Origin: a virus
Lineage: Duplodnaviria > Caudoviricetes
IMG/VR virus record: IMGVR_UViG_3300032073_000028
Coordinates: 1-62,020 of that record
Reading direction: 5' to 3' (one strand)
Length of the DNA stretch: 62,020 nucleotides
A program made the translations under genes and the position numbers. Every line of letters begins with the position of its first letter. The first letter of the stretch is position 1. The notes beneath the pieces were generated by a model. That model saw nothing but the letters and a program-made list of their open reading frames with translations. It made no database searches and was not told where the DNA came from. Below, piece by piece: positions 57,533 to 62,020 of this stretch.

Positions 57533-58390
57533 CTAAGGGGTTAAAAATCTTTTTAAAACCTTATTCTCTTTTAGTACATCGAGGTGTACATAGTAACATT
57601 CCCACTCTATTCTTTTCAAGTGATTTACATTTATCGTTTTTTCTTCTCCTGTCTGTTGACAGATAAAATGACCCCAAGGTGATAAAGTATATGCTAGTCC
57701 AGTCTCTTGGTCTAACCATATTCCTTTTAGATATGGGTTATAAATTCTAACATAATCATAACTATCAAAAATAGAGTCCACCGTAGGAGGCCAATAATGT
57801 TCTATCGCAAAGAATCCTATTTTATATTCATCTTGTGCAAGTAGTTCTTTTAACATATGTTCTTCAATTGAGAACGAATCTCCAAAACTTCCTTCAATAT
57901 CAATACCCATAAAGTTAATAAACTTAGGAGCCTTGTTATCTTTCAGTATTGTACATATATCTTGACCACCAACTTTATATGATTCTTTATGCATATCATC
58001 TGCTTTCAGTATAACATGAGATAAAGTGTGAGCTTTTCCTTCAAAAAACGAATGTTCTCCTTGATAATCTCGTGGTACAATGGCTGATGGTGATACTGTA
58101 CACTTACGATTCTTTCTTAAATCATCAATAAACGCCCAATTAGGTTCTATACATAACCCTTTCCAACCCTTATCTTCTAAAGCTTTCGTTTGAGATTGTA
58201 AAATTCCATCAGTAGCACCACAATCTACGAAGTATCCATCACTAATAAATGGGTAAACTACCTCATTAACTAACTTATCGTTGAAAAAATCGTGGTAATA
58301 TTTATCAAATTTAGTACCTTGTATATCTTTTAGGTACTTATCTCCAGTTGAATCCACATCCGAAGTGTCCAAAATTGGCTGTTCTTTCAT
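57533..58390 (-). CDS. FkbM-family SAM-dependent methyltransferase
   Basis: FVDCGATDG..SQT..LE..GW.GLCIEP...IDIEG. Confidence 0.85.
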   Translation of the reverse strand: MKEQPILDTSDVDSTGDKYLKDIQGTKFDKYYHDFFNDKLVNEVVYPFISDGYFVDCGATDGILQSQTKALEDKGWKGLCIEPNWAFIDDLRKNRKCTVSPSAIVPRDYQGEHSFFEGKAHTLSHVILKADDMHKESYKVGGQDICTILKDNKAPKFINFMGIDIEGSFGDSFSIEEHMLKELLAQDEYKIGFFAIEHYWPPTVDSIFDSYDYVRIYNPYLKGIWLDQETGLAYTLSPWGHFICQQTGEEKTINVNHLKRIEWECYYVHLDVLKENKVLKRFLTP

Positions 58391-59294
58391 ATATTGGTTG
58401 TTTTAAATCTAGTTGTTCTATGATTCCATTAGGTGAAAGGTCATATCCAGTCACAAATTGGTGTTCTCCATCCACCAAAGCACTGGCTTGAAGAGGTTGA
58501 TTATACCCAATTGCATACGCAAGTTGAACTATTACCTCCTTAGCCTCCTTCTCTTTTAGTATATCTACGGCTATTTTTCTTGCCATATAAGCAGCTGAAC
58601 GGTCAACTTTACTAGCATCCTTCCCGCTGAACGCTCCTCCACCTAGTGGAACTCGTGGGCCATAGTTATCTACGGCCAATTTTCTACCTGTCAACCCTGC
58701 GTCTGCGGAAAATCCTCCGATATCCCAATCTCCAGCTGGGTTACAATGTAGTGCATCTATTCTATATTGAGGAAATTGAGAGAAAAATTTCTCACATTTC
58801 TTTTCTAACTGTTCTTTTGGAGCTCCTTGAAACGAAGCAACAACTCTTAATGAGTTACCATTCATGGTAATTTGAGTTTTTCCATCTGTTTGGTAACTAG
58901 CATATAGATATCTATTGAGATTTCTAGCCAAAAAATACTCTTGTGGAACATATTCTTGGTTCTCGTTACACGCATAGCCAATCATAATACCTTGGTCTCC
59001 CGCCCCACCAGTATCAACTCCTTGAGATATCTCTGGTGATTGGGTTTCTAAGTGGATTGTAACATCATCTATGTTAGAAATTTGTTTAACTATTCTTTTA
59101 ATATCACCATCGTTGAGTTTTGCTTCGGTGGTAACTTCTCCTGTAATGAACACTTTTCCATGTCCTCCCATTGTTTCTACGGCAACTCTTGAATTTGGGT
59201 CTTGTTCTAAACACAAATCTAAGATTGCATCGGATATCCTATCACACATCTTATCAGGATGTCGTGGGGATACAAATTCTGCAGTTCTAATCAT
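58338..59294 (-). CDS. metK: S-adenosylmethionine synthetase
   Basis: HPDK.CD.ISD, GAGDQG, D.GLTGRK, GGGAFSGKD..KVDRS, GHFG. Confidence 0.97.
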   Translation of the reverse strand: MIRTAEFVSPRHPDKMCDRISDAILDLCLEQDPNSRVAVETMGGHGKVFITGEVTTEAKLNDGDIKRIVKQISNIDDVTIHLETQSPEISQGVDTGGAGDQGIMIGYACNENQEYVPQEYFLARNLNRYLYASYQTDGKTQITMNGNSLRVVASFQGAPKEQLEKKCEKFFSQFPQYRIDALHCNPAGDWDIGGFSADAGLTGRKLAVDNYGPRVPLGGGAFSGKDASKVDRSAAYMARKIAVDILKEKEAKEVIVQLAYAIGYNQPLQASALVDGEHQFVTGYDLSPNGIIEQLDLKQPIYERTANFGHFGCGFNWR

Positions 59295-59356
59295 TGATTA
59301 TTTTTAATTGTTATATAGTATGTATAAATATCATATAATGATATTCTTGAAAATTG

Positions 59357-59427
59357 AGGTCGAGATAGGATTCGAACCTATGTATATGGATTTGCAATCC
59401 ACCGTATCACCACTCTACCACTCGACC
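59357..59427 (-). tRNA. tRNA-Cys(GCA)
   Basis: GGTCGAG...GTGGA-TTGCAAA-TCCAT...ATAGG-TTCGAAT-CCTAT-CTCGACC-T (U73). Confidence 0.92.
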
Positions 59428-59433
59428 TTGTGG

Positions 59434-59658
59434 TTAAATAGAAAGATGAGATAATTTTTCTTGTAATCGTTTCATGTGTTTACAAGGTGAATGGGGTCTG
59501 AATTCTCTAGCAGGACATTCACAATCATCTATTTTAAAATCAGTTACTCTTACATTGTAGTAAGATAACTTTTGGGTTTTTTTATTTCGAGAACCCATTT
59601 CTCTATAATACCAACTTTCACTCATTACCTTAAGTAACTTGGTCCATGATATTCCCAC
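59434..59658 (-). CDS. SWIM zinc-finger protein (start possibly 59625)
   Basis: CECPA....PCKHM. Confidence 0.75.
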   Translation of the reverse strand: MGISWTKLLKVMSESWYYREMGSRNKKTQKLSYYNVRVTDFKIDDCECPAREFRPHSPCKHMKRLQEKLSHLSI

Positions 59659-59954
59659 TTATCAGTACCAGCAAATATATTACCTCTACTGTGTTTAGCG
59701 GGAGCTCTGTGATTTTTAGGTTTTAACAAATCTCCAATTCTGACTGGAGAGTACATATTGTAACCTTCTTCCATCGATACAAAACCCCATATAGAGCCTC
59801 CATCGAATATTTTAATGTATTTCTGTCCCTTTCTAAAAGTTAGGGGTGAATACTTAGTACTACCATAGTTTTGCTGGTGGTAAACTTTTCTTTCATTGTT
59901 TACCTTTTCCAACCATACTTGGAATTTAGTTTTAGGATTACCTTTTACTAACAT
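59625..59954 (-). CDS. Conserved phage hypothetical protein
   Basis: G.KYIKI....S.WGFV...GDLLK....APAK..RGNI motif. Confidence 0.75.
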   Translation of the reverse strand: MLVKGNPKTKFQVWLEKVNNERKVYHQQNYGSTKYSPLTFRKGQKYIKIFDGGSIWGFVSMEEGYNMYSPVRIGDLLKPKNHRAPAKHSRGNIFAGTDKWEYHGPSYLR

Positions 59955-59978
59955 ATATTGATTTTAATTAAACTTGAT

Positions 59979-60185
59979 TTATCTTGGTGGGTTTTCAAGT
60001 ACCCATAAATTCTTTTTAGTAAGACCTAACTCAGTCATACTATCTTGTAATTCGAACCTTACCTCATCAGAACTAGGGAAATCTTTCTTCATTTTGATTA
60101 AAGTAGATATCTTGTTCTGAAGATTAGGTATAACTACATTTTCTAACTTATCTTTTTTTTCGCCTCTTATCTTATTGTGGTTCAT
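59979..60185 (-). CDS. Hypothetical early protein
   Basis: MNHNKIRGEK... directly after the promoter-7 leader. Confidence 0.6.
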   Translation of the reverse strand: MNHNKIRGEKKDKLENVVIPNLQNKISTLIKMKKDFPSSDEVRFELQDSMTELGLTKKNLWVLENPPR

Positions 60186-60202
60186 AACTCTCAATCTTAC
60201 AT

Positions 60203-60236
60203 AGCTAATATACGAAAAAGAATTGACAGCTCCAAA
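60203..60236 (-). promoter_or_regulatory. Early promoter (copy 7)
   Basis: TTTG-N20-TATATTAG-CT with the shared leader. Confidence 0.8.
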
Positions 60237-60247
60237 TATTTTAACGA

Positions 60248-60445
60248 TTATTTTGCATATTTTTTCTTATATACCTCTAAGAACCCATCACCTACTCCCA
60301 TAGCTAGAATCTCTGCATCGTGGGGGATTATAGGTTTGGTAGACCTGGAATTATTGATTCTATCCACATGATATGGGAAAACCTCTACTTTTACCTTTCT
60401 ACCTCTTTTAAGCTTATAAGCTACTGTTGTGTGTTTACCTTCCAT
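60248..60445 (-). CDS. Hypothetical protein
   Basis: 65-aa ORF. Confidence 0.65.
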   Translation of the reverse strand: MEGKHTTVAYKLKRGRKVKVEVFPYHVDRINNSRSTKPIIPHDAEILAMGVGDGFLEVYKKKYAK

Positions 60446-60503
60446 TTATAATTAAAATTTAAAACCTTTTGGAGACGGGCACCAATAATACTAATACTAC
60501 AGG

Positions 60504-60734
60504 TTACCATAAGGGAGATAACGAATGTATTCCCCATACAATTAAACTCCAAAATAAAAAACTACCTACTATCATAACAAGACAACCTAAAACAGGCTTT
60601 CTCTGTATATTGTTTGCTTCATCAACTACTTGTTCATAGGACTTGTACATAAAAGGCGGTGTGACACCACGCTTCTTCTTATCCTCATAATCTTTTCTTA
60701 AGTATTCTTTACTATTATTCATAAAATGATTCAT
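60504..60734 (-). CDS. Small protein with C-terminal TM
   Basis: 76-aa ORF. Confidence 0.6.
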   Translation of the reverse strand: MNHFMNNSKEYLRKDYEDKKKRGVTPPFMYKSYEQVVDEANNIQRKPVLGCLVMIVGSFLFWSLIVWGIHSLSPLW

Positions 60735-60935
60735 ATTTAAAATTCTTTAAAGAGATGGGCAACCTTGAGTAGTAGTGCAATCTCTATTAATAACTATTAT
60801 TTATACACTTTCTTACACCATAGGTGTAGATAGGGTGTTTTTTCCATAGGGTAAAAAGCTAACCTCAGCCCAAAAGTGTATCCGGGCCCCTCTACCAAAA
60901 AAGGAATGCCTGCAGTAGCAAGAAACCTCGTTGGG

Positions 60936-61142
60936 TTATTCCCTATTCAGGGTCTCCCATAATACTCCTATACCTAGTAGAAGTACGCATGTAAGCATAG
61001 TTTCTAGTGGATTTTGTAGTAGTACAAGTAGTATCCTAAAGAATAAGTTTATAGCATATGGTAGGGCTGTTACTCCTACTACTGTACTTATTATTAAGAT
61101 TACCCAAAAAATTGTATTTGATTTTATTAATCTCTCAATCAT
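60936..61142 (-). CDS. Small membrane protein
   Basis: 68 aa, hydrophobic; ATG immediately after early promoter 8 (near-leaderless). Confidence 0.55.
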   Translation of the reverse strand: MIERLIKSNTIFWVILIISTVVGVTALPYAINLFFRILLVLLQNPLETMLTCVLLLGIGVLWETLNRE

Positions 61143-61146
61143 ACAG

Positions 61147-61180
61147 GGCTAATATACAACAAATAATTGACATATCCAAA
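61147..61180 (-). promoter_or_regulatory. Early promoter (copy 8)
   Basis: TTTG-N20-TATATTAG-CC. Confidence 0.8.
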
Positions 61181-61199
61181 TATTTGCACGCTTTTATGC

Positions 61200-61230
61200 A
61201 AAAAAAACCAGCTGGATGAGTACAGCTGGT
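61200..61230 (-). terminator. Intrinsic terminator closing the ncRNA unit
   Basis: ACCAGCTG-TACTCATC-CAGCTGGT followed by a U tract. Confidence 0.8.
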
Positions 61231-61346
61231 GAAATTGATTTTACTTAATGTATTCCGCTTGGGAATATGGAGAGAGAATGGTCTCATCTGAGTCAGTTGC
61301 CCGAGTATCTTTCATTTCCTATAAGGACTTATACTGAGAAATAAGG

Positions 61347-61482
61347 TAGAATAGGTTGGATTTGAACCAACTATTAGAAATATTTCATGTTTCGAACCAC
61401 TTTTTACCTCCACAACAGAGGAATAATACCTTCCCATCCAAAGGAAGTCGAGGAGTAACCCTCTGATTCTTCTTACTATTCT
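61347..61482 (-). ncRNA. tRNA-like structured RNA (136 nt) lacking canonical D/anticodon arms
   Basis: Acceptor AGAATAG/CTATTCT + A-CC, U8-A9, T-arm GTTGG-TTCAAAT-CCAAC, three internal hairpins. Confidence 0.7.
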
Positions 61483-61543
61483 ATATATCTTTCAAAGAAC
61501 ATGGATTGTCTAGAGCTTTTCTCAATCAACAATCATATTACAT

Positions 61544-61577
61544 AGCTAATATACGAATAATAATTGACAATTCCAAG
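61544..61577 (-). promoter_or_regulatory. Early promoter (copy 9) driving the ncRNA unit
   Basis: CTTG-N20-TATATTAG-CT. Confidence 0.75.
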
Positions 61578-61674
61578 GCATTTCTCATTTATTTTGCATT
61601 TATTTTGCGGATAAACCTTATAAAACACAGAATAGCGTGATGCTGATTAGACTTCCTCTACATAAGAACAGAAG

Positions 61675-62001
61675 TGACAATATGTCATGTGTTACAATGT
61701 GTTACTTTTCCCCCAAGCATATCCCGATTATGTGTTACAAATAGAAAAAAGTATGCGTACGCCACAAGCAAAGATACGAAATAAAATCGATATTACCAAA
61801 TAAATAACATGACAATATGTCTGATGTGCTACGAATTACATTATTTGCAAGGATTTCTCGCTTGGTTACATATATGCAAAACCCCATTAGCCTATAAACC
61901 CCTAAGCACTGACAATATGTCATCTCTGGACACATACGCTTGAGGCTCGGAATAATGATGCTATATGTTGCTCACCACTAGCATTATAGGGAAATATGTC
62001 A
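61675..62001. repeat. Cluster of TGACAATATGTCA palindromes and TGTGTTAC repeats
   Basis: Copies at 61675-61687, 61810-61822 (1 mismatch), 61910-61922 and a half-site near 61992-62001; TGTGTTAC at 61688, 61698 and 61731. Confidence 0.75.
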
Positions 62002-62020
62002 AAAAATCATTATGATACCC

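Noticed and set aside
6163-61152. All other plus-strand track ORFs and nested alternative-frame minus ORFs
   Set aside because: They overlap well-supported minus-strand genes and show no recognisable motifs.
61200-61482. tmRNA, tRNA-Sec, hammerhead ribozyme or SAM-I riboswitch
   Set aside because: No G3:U70 or room for a tag domain, no UCA anticodon arm, no intact CUGAUGA...GAAA core, and only fragmentary SAM-I-like words (GGCAAC, GATGAGA).
61735-61935. 66-aa minus-strand ORF at the right end
   Set aside because: Cys-rich, atypical composition, overlaps the palindrome array and lacks a promoter motif; probably spurious.
61675-62001. CRISPR mini-array
   Set aside because: Repeats are only 13 bp with irregular 90-135 bp spacing; no cas genes.
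1-62020. Stop-codon reassignment
   Set aside because: Conserved enzymes are full length in code 11; TAA, TAG and TGA all end genes; no suppressor tRNA.

Overview
AT-rich (roughly 30% GC by eye) segment of a large tailed dsDNA phage with a T4-like contractile baseplate. It most likely infects Bacteroidota (Flavobacteriia): nine copies of a TTTG-N20-TATATTAG promoter, a flavobacterial-type lysozyme-like protein and a BACON-like domain point that way. Almost all genes are on the minus strand in the standard code. Left to right: a >1940-aa tail fibre running off the window (missed by the ORF track), a small plus-strand ribbon-helix-helix gene, an Mre11-Rad50 fusion, primase, a baseplate/tail block (13-32 kb), carbamoyltransferase, gp55-like late sigma factor, lysis genes, auxiliary genes (def, thyA, uvsE, hsp20, phoH, dCMP deaminase, metK, sulfotransferases, 2OG oxygenases, FkbM), three tRNAs and short early-gene cassettes. 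Most unusual: (1) an ATP-grasp-like domain fused to three tandem HINT domains bracketing tiny peptides, followed by a 45-aa ORF and a GNAT-like gene; (2) an ArfA-like ORF whose stop codon lies inside tRNA-Ala, so tRNA processing would leave a non-stop mRNA; (3) a 136-nt tRNA-mimic RNA in its own transcription unit; (4) a putative late promoter that is the reverse complement of the T4 late box; (5) [ST]GS enrichment in virion proteins alongside a dispersed glycan-tailoring enzyme set. All family calls come from motifs read by eye; no database searches were run.
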